Shown here in pieces: positions 9,018 to 17,059 of a stretch of DNA of 50,439 nt (positions are counted from its first letter, which is position 1; each line of letters starts with the position of its first letter). The stretch is taken from NCBI GenBank assembly GCA_964372905.1, contig CAYJQY010000007.1:5229-55667 (forward strand), in the 5' to 3' direction. Under the pieces are notes generated by a model, which was not told where the DNA came from, did not search any database, and saw only the letters and a program-made list of their open reading frames with translations. Both the position numbers and the translations under genes were made by a program. Source of the DNA: an uncultured Candidatus Saccharibacteria bacterium. Lineage in GTDB: Bacteria > Patescibacteriota > Doudnabacteria > UBA920.

Positions 9018-9102
9018 AAAACCCTGTATTCCCAAACGCATACAATGTATGGTATAGTGAAACTGACATCAACTCTCAATTTTTCCCAACCATCCTTCCT
9101 GC

Positions 9103-9966
9103 ATGCTCCTCGTCTCCCCCAATTTCAGCGACCTGTTCACCCCTAATATTGAAATCAAGAAATTCCCGGACGGGGAAAGCTATGTTCGCATTCCCATGCT
9201 TGAGTCCTGCGCCGGCCAGAACGTTACTATTCTCCATCGCCTCTACCCCGACCAGAACCAATCGCTGTTCGAACTCTTGCTTATTGTCGATGAGCTGACC
9301 TTCAATGACTGCAAAGTCACCGTAGTCAGCCCCTACCTGCCCTATTCGCGCCAGGACAAAAAAGTTCTGGAAGGGGAAATCCCCGGCGGCAAAGTCGTCT
9401 GCAAACTTCTGGCCCAGGCCGGCTGCAAACAACTCATTACGCTTGACTGCCATTTTTTGAAACAAGAAGGCCAGTTTACCCACGCCGACCTGCCTATCAA
9501 AAATATTTCTATGAACAGTCAACTCATCGATTATGCTAAGGAACAACTTTTTGGCGGCGACTCCTGTGAAATTATCGCTCCGGATCAGGGCGCCAGCTAC
9601 ATGGTCAAAAAACAAGGCGGCCAGGCCATGACCAAAACGCGCGAGGGCTACTCCACTGGCGGCGCCATTATTTCCCGCGACGTGGAAAAAATGGAAGGTC
9701 AGGTTGATGTCCACGGCAAAAATGTCCTTTTATTAGATGATATGATCAGCACCGGCTCAACCATGCTCAAGGCCATTGAGCGCATGCGCGAGCATGGCGC
9801 CAAAAAAATCGCCTGCGCCGCCACTCACGGCTTATTCTTGGGCAATTCTTTAGATAAACTTGAAGCCTTGTGCGACGGCGTTTTTGTCACCGACTCCATT
9901 CCCGGGCCAGCCGCCAAAGTCTCTATCAAACCTCTGTTTGACGAGCATATTCAAAAACTTTTGTAA
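9103..9966 (+). CDS. prs: Ribose-phosphate pyrophosphokinase (PRPP synthase)
   Basis: IEIKKFPDGESYVRI, VVSPYLPYSRQDKK, and PRPP-binding loop VLLLDDMISTGSTM. Confidence 0.88.
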   Translation: MLLVSPNFSDLFTPNIEIKKFPDGESYVRIPMLESCAGQNVTILHRLYPDQNQSLFELLLIVDELTFNDCKVTVVSPYLPYSRQDKKVLEGEIPGGKVVCKLLAQAGCKQLITLDCHFLKQEGQFTHADLPIKNISMNSQLIDYAKEQLFGGDSCEIIAPDQGASYMVKKQGGQAMTKTREGYSTGGAIISRDVEKMEGQVDVHGKNVLLLDDMISTGSTMLKAIERMREHGAKKIACAATHGLFLGNSLDKLEALCDGVFVTDSIPGPAAKVSIKPLFDEHIQKLL

Positions 9967-10016
9967 TCGATAATTAACTTGGGCCGGAAAATTTTAGATC
10001 TTGGAAGTATCAGGAG

Positions 10017-10104
10017 GCCGCCGAGCCAGCTCGCCCGGCAAACAGCATTTGCTCCGAGAAACATAAGCGCAACTCTGCTGTTTGCGGGCAACTGGCGAGG
10101 CGGC
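10017..10104. other. Long imperfect GC-rich inverted repeat (rod-like hairpin, ~30-nt arms)
   Basis: GCCGCCGAGCCAGCTCGCCCGGCAAACAGCA (10017-10047) pairs with TGCTGTTTGCGGGCAACTGGCGAGGCGGC (10076-10104). Pairing includes a perfect CAAACAGCA/TGCTGTTTG segment. The element lies 55 nt upstream of the pyrE ATG. Confidence 0.5.
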
Positions 10105-10158
10105 TGACGACGAGGACGCTGACAAGTACCTTAATTTTTCTGGCCTGATCTCAAAAGC

Positions 10159-10794
10159 ATGGACGCTACCAACGAAGTCGAAAAAATCTTGAGGGAATCC
10201 GGCGCGCTCATTACCGACAGCCACATTATCGGCACCTCCGGCCGCCACATGAGCGTGTACATCAACAAAGATACAGTCTACCCGCACACGACCCAGGCCT
10301 CGCGGGTCGGCGAGCTGTTTGCCGAAAAATATAAAGACGCGGGTATTGAAGTCGTGGTCGGCCCGGCGCTCGGCGGCATTATTTTATCGCAGTGGACAGC
10401 GTATCATCTTTCCAAACTTTTAGGCCACGAGGTTTTGGGCTGCTACACGGAAAAAACGCCGGAAAATGACCAAATGTTCAAGCGCGGCTATGACCAACTG
10501 GTCAAAGGCAAGCGGGCTTTGATTGTCGAGGACTTCACCACCACGGGCGGCTCGGTGCGCAAGGTTGTGGACGCGGTCAAGCTGGCTGGCGGCAAAGTTA
10601 TGGCCGTGTGCGTCATGGCCAACCGCGATCCCGAACGCGTGACCTCGGAAGTCATCGGCGCGCCGTTCTCGGCGCTGGCCGTCATCAAAGCTCACAGTTA
10701 TGATCCGGCCGAGTGCCCGCTGTGCAAAGAAGGCATAACCATCAACACCTCGGTCGGCCACGGCAAACAATTTTTGGAGCAGCAGGGCAAGTAG
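10159..10794 (+). CDS. pyrE: Orotate phosphoribosyltransferase-type PRTase
   Basis: GTSGRHMSVYINKD 5-phosphate/hood region, PRPP loop ALIVEDFTTTGGS, and position between prs and pyrF/pyrD. Confidence 0.75.
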   Translation: MDATNEVEKILRESGALITDSHIIGTSGRHMSVYINKDTVYPHTTQASRVGELFAEKYKDAGIEVVVGPALGGIILSQWTAYHLSKLLGHEVLGCYTEKTPENDQMFKRGYDQLVKGKRALIVEDFTTTGGSVRKVVDAVKLAGGKVMAVCVMANRDPERVTSEVIGAPFSALAVIKAHSYDPAECPLCKEGITINTSVGHGKQFLEQQGK

Positions 10795-10830
10795 CAATAA
10801 GCCAAGCAGGGTAATAAATAGTTAACATCT

Positions 10831-10858
10831 TAATATTCAACCGTCTGGTTGAATATTA
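10831..10858. other. Perfect 12-bp inverted repeat (hairpin or operator) after pyrE
   Basis: TAATATTCAACC gtct GGTTGAATATTA. No T-tract follows, so its role as a terminator is uncertain. Confidence 0.4.
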
Positions 10859-10881
10859 GAACCTACATTTAAACAGATAAG

Positions 10882-11448
10882 ATGAAGTACAAAATCGGGG
10901 TTTTTGGGTCAGCGGTGTCAGAATCTGCCCCAGTGCGGCGCAAGGCAGCTATCATAGGCAAAGAATTGGCCCGATACAAATGCATTGTTATCACCGGAGC
11001 TTGTTCCGGCCTGCCCTATGCCGCCGCGTACGAAGCGGCACAAAACGGAAGCGAAGTTTGGGGTTTCTCGCCCGAAGCTAATTTTAAGGGCCAGCAAAAA
11101 TTCACGCCCGATGACGACAATTCCATTTACAAAAAACTCATCTACACCCCGAAAAGCTTACCTATGTTTGGCAATAGCCAGGTGCGCAAAAAATACCGTA
11201 ATGTCATCTCCACCGCCACCTGCGACGCCGGCATCATTGTTGCGGGCCGCTGGGGCACACTGAACGAAGTTACCAACCTCTACGACATGGCCAAAGTCAT
11301 TGGCGTGCTCACTGGCAGCGGCGGCATCAGCGACGAAATGAAACGGCTCGATAAAAAAATCCGTAAACCCAGCCGCGCCAAATTTATTTTCTCAAGCTCG
11401 CCAAAAACTTTGGTGCAGTCCATCATTAAAGAACTCCAGAAACGTTAA
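10882..11448 (+). CDS. LOG/TIGR00725-like Rossmann-fold protein (putative nucleotide N-glycosidase / SLOG-type nucleotide-binding protein)
   Basis: IGVFGSA...LGKELARYKCIVITGACSGLPYAAAYEAAQNG, and AGRWGTLNEV matching the LOG PGGxGTxxE motif. Confidence 0.55.
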   Translation: MKYKIGVFGSAVSESAPVRRKAAIIGKELARYKCIVITGACSGLPYAAAYEAAQNGSEVWGFSPEANFKGQQKFTPDDDNSIYKKLIYTPKSLPMFGNSQVRKKYRNVISTATCDAGIIVAGRWGTLNEVTNLYDMAKVIGVLTGSGGISDEMKRLDKKIRKPSRAKFIFSSSPKTLVQSIIKELQKR

Positions 11449-11465
11449 ATCATTATTTACCACTT

Positions 11466-12287
11466 ATGTCGCCGCCAAAATTGCCGCCAAAATTATCCAT
11501 AGAAAAGTACAACCAGCGAGCGGACGCAATTAATTCTTTAGTCTGCGTAGGATTGGATCCGGAATTTGCCAAATTGCCGGATCGTTTTAAGTCCGCCGGG
11601 TTCCCCCAGTTCGAATTCAACAAATATATTATTGATGCCACTTATGCGCATGCCGCGGCCTTTAAGCCCAACGTGGCCTTTTACGAGGCGCGCGGCGATG
11701 CCGGCCTGCGCGAGCTCAAAATGACCATGGATTATTTGCGCGAGCATCATCCCGATATTTTCACCATTTGCGACGCCAAGCGCGGCGACATTGGCAACAC
11801 CAACGCCCAATCCGTAGCGGCTATTTTTGACTTGTTTGGCTTCGATGCCGCCACTGTCCAGCCATATTTAGGCAAAGAAGCCATTTTACCTTTCCTCAAC
11901 CGGACCGATAAAGTTACTATAGTCTTGGTGCGAACCTCCAATCCCGGAGCGGGCGAAATTCAGGATTTGCTTGTTGACGGTAAACCGCTCTGGCAGATCG
12001 TGGCGGAAAAATGCGAACACGAGTGGAATGAACACGGCAATGTCATGCAGGTCATTGGCGCGACTTATCCCAAAGAAATGGAAGTCATCAGAGGAATCGC
12101 CAAAGAAATGACCTTTCTCGTCCCCGGCGTAAGCGCCCAGGGCGGGAAAGTCGAAGCCACCGTAAAAGCCGGCCTCAACTCCGACAAAAAAGGCATGATC
12201 ATCAACTCCTCCCGCGGCATCATTTTTGCTAATGACCCCGGCGCCGAAGCTAAAAAGCTCAAGGAAGAAATAAATCGCCACCGCTAA
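11466..12287 (+). CDS. pyrF: Orotidine 5'-phosphate decarboxylase (long/type 2 form)
   Basis: LVCVGLDPE, catalytic ICDAKRGDIGNT, C-terminal INSSRGI. Confidence 0.88.
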   Translation: MSPPKLPPKLSIEKYNQRADAINSLVCVGLDPEFAKLPDRFKSAGFPQFEFNKYIIDATYAHAAAFKPNVAFYEARGDAGLRELKMTMDYLREHHPDIFTICDAKRGDIGNTNAQSVAAIFDLFGFDAATVQPYLGKEAILPFLNRTDKVTIVLVRTSNPGAGEIQDLLVDGKPLWQIVAEKCEHEWNEHGNVMQVIGATYPKEMEVIRGIAKEMTFLVPGVSAQGGKVEATVKAGLNSDKKGMIINSSRGIIFANDPGAEAKKLKEEINRHR

Positions 12288-12304
12288 CCCGCAGCCAATT
12301 TAGA

Positions 12305-13396
12305 ATGGTACAAATGTACAAACTCATCCGTCCCCTGCTCTTCGCCCAAGACCCCGAAAACATGCACAACCGAGCGCTGACTTTTGGCGAGTGGGCCGCG
12401 CATTCACCCTTGGCCGGGCTTTTTGAAACCTGCTACAAATTTGACGACCCGCGCCTCCACAATAAAGTATTCGGCCTAAACTTCCGCAATCCCGTCAGCA
12501 ATGCTGCCGGGTTTGATAAAAACGCCCATCTGCCCGACTTCCTGCCTCTGCTCAATTTCGGCTTTGTGGAAATCGGCTCGGTTACCGCCCAGCCACGCGA
12601 CGGCAATCCCAAACCCCGCATGTTCCGCCTGGAACAGGACAAGGCCATGATCAACCGCATGGGCCTCAACAACATCGGCGCTGACCGCATGGCGCAGAAG
12701 CTGGCCGGGCGCAAATTCCGAACCCCGCTAGGCATCAACATTGCCAAAACTCACGACCCGAAAATTTTGGGCAATAAAAGCATTGAAGATTTCTGCTACT
12801 CGTTCAAAAAGCTTTACGAATTCTGCGACTACCTCACGCTCAACATCAGCTGCCCTAATACCGCAGAAGGCAAAACCTTTGAAGAAGTTGGGCCCCTGCG
12901 CGCGCTACTTTCGGCCATAAAACCGATTCGGGCTGGGTTTGCCCAGCAGCATCCCGTGCTGTTAAAACTTTCCGTCAGCAATTCTCACCAAATGGTTGAT
13001 GCGATTCTGCAAGCCGGGGAAGAATTTGGGATTGCTGGATATATTATTGGCAACTCGCCCTCGGACCGCGAAAATATGACTACGCCAAAAGAACAGCTGG
13101 AAAAAATCGGCAAAGGCGGCTTGAGCGGCCAGCCCGTCCGGCCGCGAACCACCGAACTGGTCCGCTACGCTTACAGCGTTTTGCGGCGCCCGTGCATTAT
13201 CGCCTGCGGCGGCATCGATTCCGCCAAAAGCGCTTACGAAAACATTCGCGCCGGCGCCTCGCTGGTCCAGCTCTACGCCGGGCTGATTTACGAAGGGCCG
13301 GGACTGGTCAAAAAAATCAACCGGGGGCTGGTTGAATTGCTCAAGCGCGATGGGTTCAAGAATATCGCTGAAGCTGTTGGTGCAGACGTGCGATGA
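12305..13396 (+). CDS. pyrD: Dihydroorotate dehydrogenase, class 2 (quinone)-like
   Basis: N-terminal extension LIRPLLFAQDPENMHNRAL, NPVSNAAGFDKN, LNISCPNT, GGLSGQPVRP, IACGGI. Confidence 0.88.
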   Translation: MVQMYKLIRPLLFAQDPENMHNRALTFGEWAAHSPLAGLFETCYKFDDPRLHNKVFGLNFRNPVSNAAGFDKNAHLPDFLPLLNFGFVEIGSVTAQPRDGNPKPRMFRLEQDKAMINRMGLNNIGADRMAQKLAGRKFRTPLGINIAKTHDPKILGNKSIEDFCYSFKKLYEFCDYLTLNISCPNTAEGKTFEEVGPLRALLSAIKPIRAGFAQQHPVLLKLSVSNSHQMVDAILQAGEEFGIAGYIIGNSPSDRENMTTPKEQLEKIGKGGLSGQPVRPRTTELVRYAYSVLRRPCIIACGGIDSAKSAYENIRAGASLVQLYAGLIYEGPGLVKKINRGLVELLKRDGFKNIAEAVGADVR

Positions 13397-13400
13397 ATAT

Positions 13401-14882
13401 TCAAGACGGCTTTATTACCACCGCGCTGCGCTCCGGACCCGTGCCAACTAATAAAATCGGCACACCGACTTTCTCCTCAAGCTTGTTCAAAAAATCTTTG
13501 GCGCCTTGCGGCAAATCTTCCCAGGAGCTGTAGCCATAAATGTTTTCGGGCCAGCAGGCCCAAGCTTCCAAAATCGGTTCCACTTCGGACAGCTGCCGCG
13601 CCGAGGGCAGCTGGCCCGCCGCCAATATCTGCCCCCGAAACTTATAACCCATCACCACGGGAATAGACGGCAAACCAGACAGCATATCAAACCGAGTCAA
13701 AGCTATCCATTTAGGACCATTAATGCGCGTGGCATATTGTAGCCAGGGAATATCTATAAAGCCCACGCTGCGGCCGCGGCCCGTGGTGGCGCCGCGCTCA
13801 TCGCCCAAAACTTGGAAATACTGCGAGAGTTCCGCATGGCCCACCTGCCCTTGCTTTATTTTTTCTAAAGCCGCGGCTAAAAATTCCTTTTTGGCTTCCG
13901 CAGACGTAAATAATTCGGGATGCTCCTTGGCAAAATTTTGGGCCGCAGTACGTTCCCACATTTCCGAGGGAAATGGCCCGCTGCCCACGCGCGTGGGCAA
14001 AGTCTTAGCCACCATCAAAGCCGCGCCAATCTGACTTGGCGGAATGCCGCTGCCAAGTGGCGCGCCAGCAGCCACGGAATTGCCCGATGAAACATACGGA
14101 TAAGTTCCCCAGGTCGAATCCAACCCCGCGGCCTGCGCCCCCTCAAACAAAATTTTCTTTTTCTCTACAAGCTGCCGGCTTAAAAAATACGAAGTATCAA
14201 TAACTTTATCTTTGATTTCTTTGGCCAAGCCGAGCAAGCGGTCAGCCACGGCTTCAGGCGCAGGAATTTCCGCGGCAACCAAACCTGTGGTTTTCATGGC
14301 CTCAAAAATCGGCAAAAAACTCTGATAAAGCAGCGTTAAAGCAGCAACAAACTCCGGCCGGTCAATAAATAAATCCCCGACCACGGGGCTGATGCGGAAT
14401 TTCGGCAAAGCCGCCAGCGGTCCAATGGCTTTGTTGGTAGTGCCAATACGGCTGTTGCCGCGCACCGATTCAAACCAAATTTCCAGCAGACCGTGCCACG
14501 GCGTCCACAACGGCGCCATTTGGTCAATGTAAACCGGTGCGAGCTTGGCTCCTAAAATTTGGGTAATCATTTTGAGCTCTTCCAAAAACAATTCAAGATT
14601 AAAAAATTCCCCGCGCCCCAGCACCGACACTTTGCCCTGGGCCAATCCTGTGGGAATTAAATGGGTCACCACTTTGACTCCCTCATCAGTCATTACGGTA
14701 TGCCCGGCATTGGCCCCGCCGGAAAATCGCACCACCACATCAAAAAAACCCATTACCAGGTCTATGATCTTGCCTTTGCCCTCGTCGCCCCAATTGGCGC
14801 CTACGACTACTACGGTCTGCTCCGAACCAAGGGTTGGCTGGAGGCGGCGATAGAGATCGGTGAGGGACTTGGCTAAAGGCAT
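13401..14882 (-). CDS. purA: Adenylosuccinate synthetase (long form)
   Basis: P-loop VVVVGANWGDEGKGKIID, GANAGHTV, GTTNKAIGP, GATTGRGRSVGFID. Converges on pyrD with only 4 nt between the stops. Confidence 0.9.
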   Translation of the reverse strand: MPLAKSLTDLYRRLQPTLGSEQTVVVVGANWGDEGKGKIIDLVMGFFDVVVRFSGGANAGHTVMTDEGVKVVTHLIPTGLAQGKVSVLGRGEFFNLELFLEELKMITQILGAKLAPVYIDQMAPLWTPWHGLLEIWFESVRGNSRIGTTNKAIGPLAALPKFRISPVVGDLFIDRPEFVAALTLLYQSFLPIFEAMKTTGLVAAEIPAPEAVADRLLGLAKEIKDKVIDTSYFLSRQLVEKKKILFEGAQAAGLDSTWGTYPYVSSGNSVAAGAPLGSGIPPSQIGAALMVAKTLPTRVGSGPFPSEMWERTAAQNFAKEHPELFTSAEAKKEFLAAALEKIKQGQVGHAELSQYFQVLGDERGATTGRGRSVGFIDIPWLQYATRINGPKWIALTRFDMLSGLPSIPVVMGYKFRGQILAAGQLPSARQLSEVEPILEAWACWPENIYGYSSWEDLPQGAKDFLNKLEEKVGVPILLVGTGPERSAVVIKPS

Positions 14883-14884
14883 AA

Positions 14885-16276
14885 TTATAGTTCCGCTAAT
14901 TTTTCCGCTATCCCAGTATAGTTTTCCGGAGTGATTTTTTTAAGTTCTTGTTTGACTTTATCAGCAACATCTAAAGAATCGATAAAATTCTGAAAATCTT
15001 TCATGGTCACTTCTTTGCCCCGCGTCAGTTCTTTCAATTGTTCGTAAGGGGCCGCTGCGCCCTCCCGCCGCAAAACTGTTTGGATGGCTTCGGCAATGAC
15101 TTCGGGATGCTGCTGCAACGCCTCTTTGACTGTGACTTCATCCACAGCGATTTTTTCTAAACCTTTTAGAATGGCTTTATAGGCTATAAGACTGTGAGCA
15201 AATGGCGTGCCCAGACTTCTCAACACCGTAGAATCAGAAAGATCGCGCTGCAACCGCGAGATCGGCAGCTTGCGGCTAAAAAATTCGAACAGAGCATTGG
15301 CAGTGCCTAGGTTGCCTTCCGCATTCTCAAAATCAATGGGATTGATTTTATGCGGCATGGTCGAGGAGCCAATCTCTCCGGGCACTGGCTTTTGGATAAA
15401 CCAGCCGTCGCTGATATATCGCCATAAATCCTGAACCATATCAATCAGAATCGTATTAGAGCGGCGCAGAATATCGCAAAGTTCAGCTATTGAGTCATGC
15501 GATTCGGTTTGATCAGTGATAAGATTGGCATTAATCTTGATGGTCCGGCCTTTATTTAAAATTCCGATAAAGCGTAAGGTAAACTCAACCCAATTAACTT
15601 TTGGATAAGCCGCATAAAGCGCGTGGTAATTGCCGGTGGCGCCATTTAATTTGGCCGACAACTGATGATTTATAAGCTGCTGAAGTTGCCGGTCGAGACG
15701 CGAAGCAAAAACTTTAAACTCTTTGCCAAAAGTCGTGGGCGATGCCGGCTGGCCATGCGTGCGCGCCAATATCGCCGTTGATTTATAATTCTTGGCATTT
15801 TTGTTCAGCTTGGCAACAATTTCAGAAAGCGCGGGAATCATTACTTCGTGCAGCGTGTCGTTCAACATCAAAGCATAAGCCGTATCATTCACGTCATAAG
15901 ACGTTAGTCCAAAATGGACCCACTCCAGCACATCTTTGAGCGATGAACCAGCCAGTTTTTCTTTAATAAAATATTCTACGGCCTTAACGTCGTGATTAGT
16001 GGCGGGAATTTTGCCGTGGCCTTTTAAGTCAAAATCGCTAATTAACTGCGCATCTGCCAAAGTAAAATTTTCATAAAGGCCGCGCAGCAGTTTCTTTTCC
16101 GTCGAGCTAAGTTCCCGCAAATCTACCCCGTCTTCTTCAGACAAGGCTATAAGATACTCGGCCTCAACCATGACGCGATAGTGCATAAGGCCCGACTCAC
16201 TAAAAATAGGAGCCAGCGCTTCCGTGTGTCTCCTATATCGCCCGTCTACGGGGCTGATGGTTTCCAGGGGGGTCAT
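14885..16276 (-). CDS. purB: Adenylosuccinate lyase
   Basis: ISPVDGRYR start, fumarase/lyase signature GSSTMPHKINP, 463 aa. Confidence 0.92.
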   Translation of the reverse strand: MTPLETISPVDGRYRRHTEALAPIFSESGLMHYRVMVEAEYLIALSEEDGVDLRELSSTEKKLLRGLYENFTLADAQLISDFDLKGHGKIPATNHDVKAVEYFIKEKLAGSSLKDVLEWVHFGLTSYDVNDTAYALMLNDTLHEVMIPALSEIVAKLNKNAKNYKSTAILARTHGQPASPTTFGKEFKVFASRLDRQLQQLINHQLSAKLNGATGNYHALYAAYPKVNWVEFTLRFIGILNKGRTIKINANLITDQTESHDSIAELCDILRRSNTILIDMVQDLWRYISDGWFIQKPVPGEIGSSTMPHKINPIDFENAEGNLGTANALFEFFSRKLPISRLQRDLSDSTVLRSLGTPFAHSLIAYKAILKGLEKIAVDEVTVKEALQQHPEVIAEAIQTVLRREGAAAPYEQLKELTRGKEVTMKDFQNFIDSLDVADKVKQELKKITPENYTGIAEKLAEL

Positions 16277-16281
16277 AAAAC

Positions 16282-16575
16282 TTATTCTTCATAAAGCCGG
16301 ACAATGTCTTTGCTTATATAGGACTTTAACCGGAGATTGACGGACTTGTGCGTCAATAAGTCAACTTTCAGCCTCAATTTAGCCTCGAGCTTGTCATTCA
16401 TCTCATTAAATTTAAACAGGCCGATGGGGGTTTTTAGAGTTACCAGCAAGTCTAGATCGCTTTTCTTCCCTGCCGCGCCCCTGGCGGCACTGCCAAAAAC
16501 ATCAGCACGGACCACTCCGTACTGTTTAAAAATTGGCAAAATTTGCCTGCGGATTTTAAGCAGTCTACCGCTCAT
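16282..16575 (-). CDS. MNT-type minimal nucleotidyltransferase (antitoxin-like), no HEPN partner adjacent
   Basis: VFGSAARGAAGKKSDLDLLV matches the GSxxRG..DxD pol-beta-superfamily motif. 97 aa. AT-richer than purB, which starts 5 nt downstream. Confidence 0.8.
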   Translation of the reverse strand: MSGRLLKIRRQILPIFKQYGVVRADVFGSAARGAAGKKSDLDLLVTLKTPIGLFKFNEMNDKLEAKLRLKVDLLTHKSVNLRLKSYISKDIVRLYEE

Positions 16576-16621
16576 ACTTAAATGTTACCAAATTGGCCGC
16601 CAAATGTCTAAAATCGGCCTA

Positions 16622-16654
16622 TTGACTCTCTCTCTCTCTCTGATTTGGTATGGT
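16622..16654 (+). promoter_or_regulatory. Candidate sigma70-type promoter whose spacer is a (CT)n tract
   Basis: TTGACT (16622-16627), a 21-nt spacer made mostly of CT repeats, then extended -10 TGgTATGGT (16646-16654). It lies 34 nt upstream of the SD/ATG of the 16688 ORF. Confidence 0.4.
16626..16641. repeat. (CT)8 dinucleotide microsatellite
   Basis: CTCTCTCTCTCTCTCT read directly. Located in the intergenic spacer between the divergent MNT and receiver-like genes. Confidence 0.95.
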
Positions 16655-16687
16655 GAACTCTGCTCGTAGCCTGAAAGGAGGAAGACT

Positions 16688-17002
16688 ATGAAGCCGATGT
16701 TGATGTTAATAGGTGATCTGCCCTTTGGTCAACCAAGCTTCGCAATGGAACTAGGGTGCGATTACACGGGACACGGGGGCTTGGAAGCAGCAAAAAAAGA
16801 GCTTGAACATTTGACCATCTCTGGAATCGTGATCGAGATTGATAGCGCTCCCTCGCTCCTTACCTGGGGGGAGCAACTTTACGCGAGCGGAACAAAGGTC
16901 GTTTTCGTCGGTCGGAACTACAATGGGTCGGTGCCCTTCATTCCGAAAGAAAGGTTCACGATTGCGGGATTGGCGAAACGGATCAAGAGCCTCATTACCT
17001 AG
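16688..17002 (+). CDS. Stand-alone receiver (CheY-like) domain protein, divergent
   Basis: Strong SD AAAGGAGGA lies 6 nt upstream. The sequence aligns by eye to a REC layout: MLMLIGDLP (beta1), GGLEAAKKEL, GIVIEIDSAP (acceptor-Asp position), KVVFVGRN, FIPKERFTIAGLAKRIKSLI. It is the only plus-strand gene inside the minus-strand pur cluster. Confidence 0.45.
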   Translation: MKPMLMLIGDLPFGQPSFAMELGCDYTGHGGLEAAKKELEHLTISGIVIEIDSAPSLLTWGEQLYASGTKVVFVGRNYNGSVPFIPKERFTIAGLAKRIKSLIT

Positions 17003-17017
17003 GGCAGGCTTGCAAAC

Positions 17018-17057
17018 ATGCGCCACGGGGCTCGCTACCTGTGGCGCATGATCATCT
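17018..17057 (+). terminator. Stem-loop terminator candidate between the receiver-like gene and purC
   Basis: ATGCGCCAC (17018-17026) pairs with GTGGCGCAT (17041-17049) across a 14-nt loop, followed by GATCATCTTTTT. Confidence 0.45.
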
Positions 17058-17059
17058 TT

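Noticed and set aside
8822-9079. 85-aa minus-strand ORF in the spacer between the fusion gene and prs.
   Set aside because: No SD, and it runs through a plus-strand terminator hairpin. The plus-strand 50-aa ORF has much better translation and termination signals.
9076-9714. Long antisense or alternate-frame ORFs inside GC-rich genes. Examples: 9076-9714 (-) in prs, 25664-26272 (+) in purH, 32516-33169 (+) across the TGase-like gene and gnd, 37455-38162 (-) in typA, 29998-30426 (+) in purL, 34251-34820 (+) in zwf.
   Set aside because: Each lies entirely within a gene that has clear family motifs on the other strand or frame. Their translations are low-complexity Arg/Ala/Gly/Pro-rich shadow products typical of GC-rich coding DNA. 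None has an SD or start context.
9994-10287. Track ORFs overlapping the intergenic hairpin elements: 9994-10287 (-), 35481-35681 (+), 40422-40805 (+), 40544-40903 (-), 36908-37114 (-), 36976-37197 (-).
   Set aside because: They are stop-free only because of the GC-rich palindromic DNA, which is open on both strands. They extend into neighbouring real genes and have no start signals.
16688-17002. The 104-aa ORF as the missing HEPN toxin partner of the MNT gene.
   Set aside because: No Rx4-6H motif, and it is divergently transcribed rather than downstream in an operon. The sequence aligns better to a receiver-domain layout.
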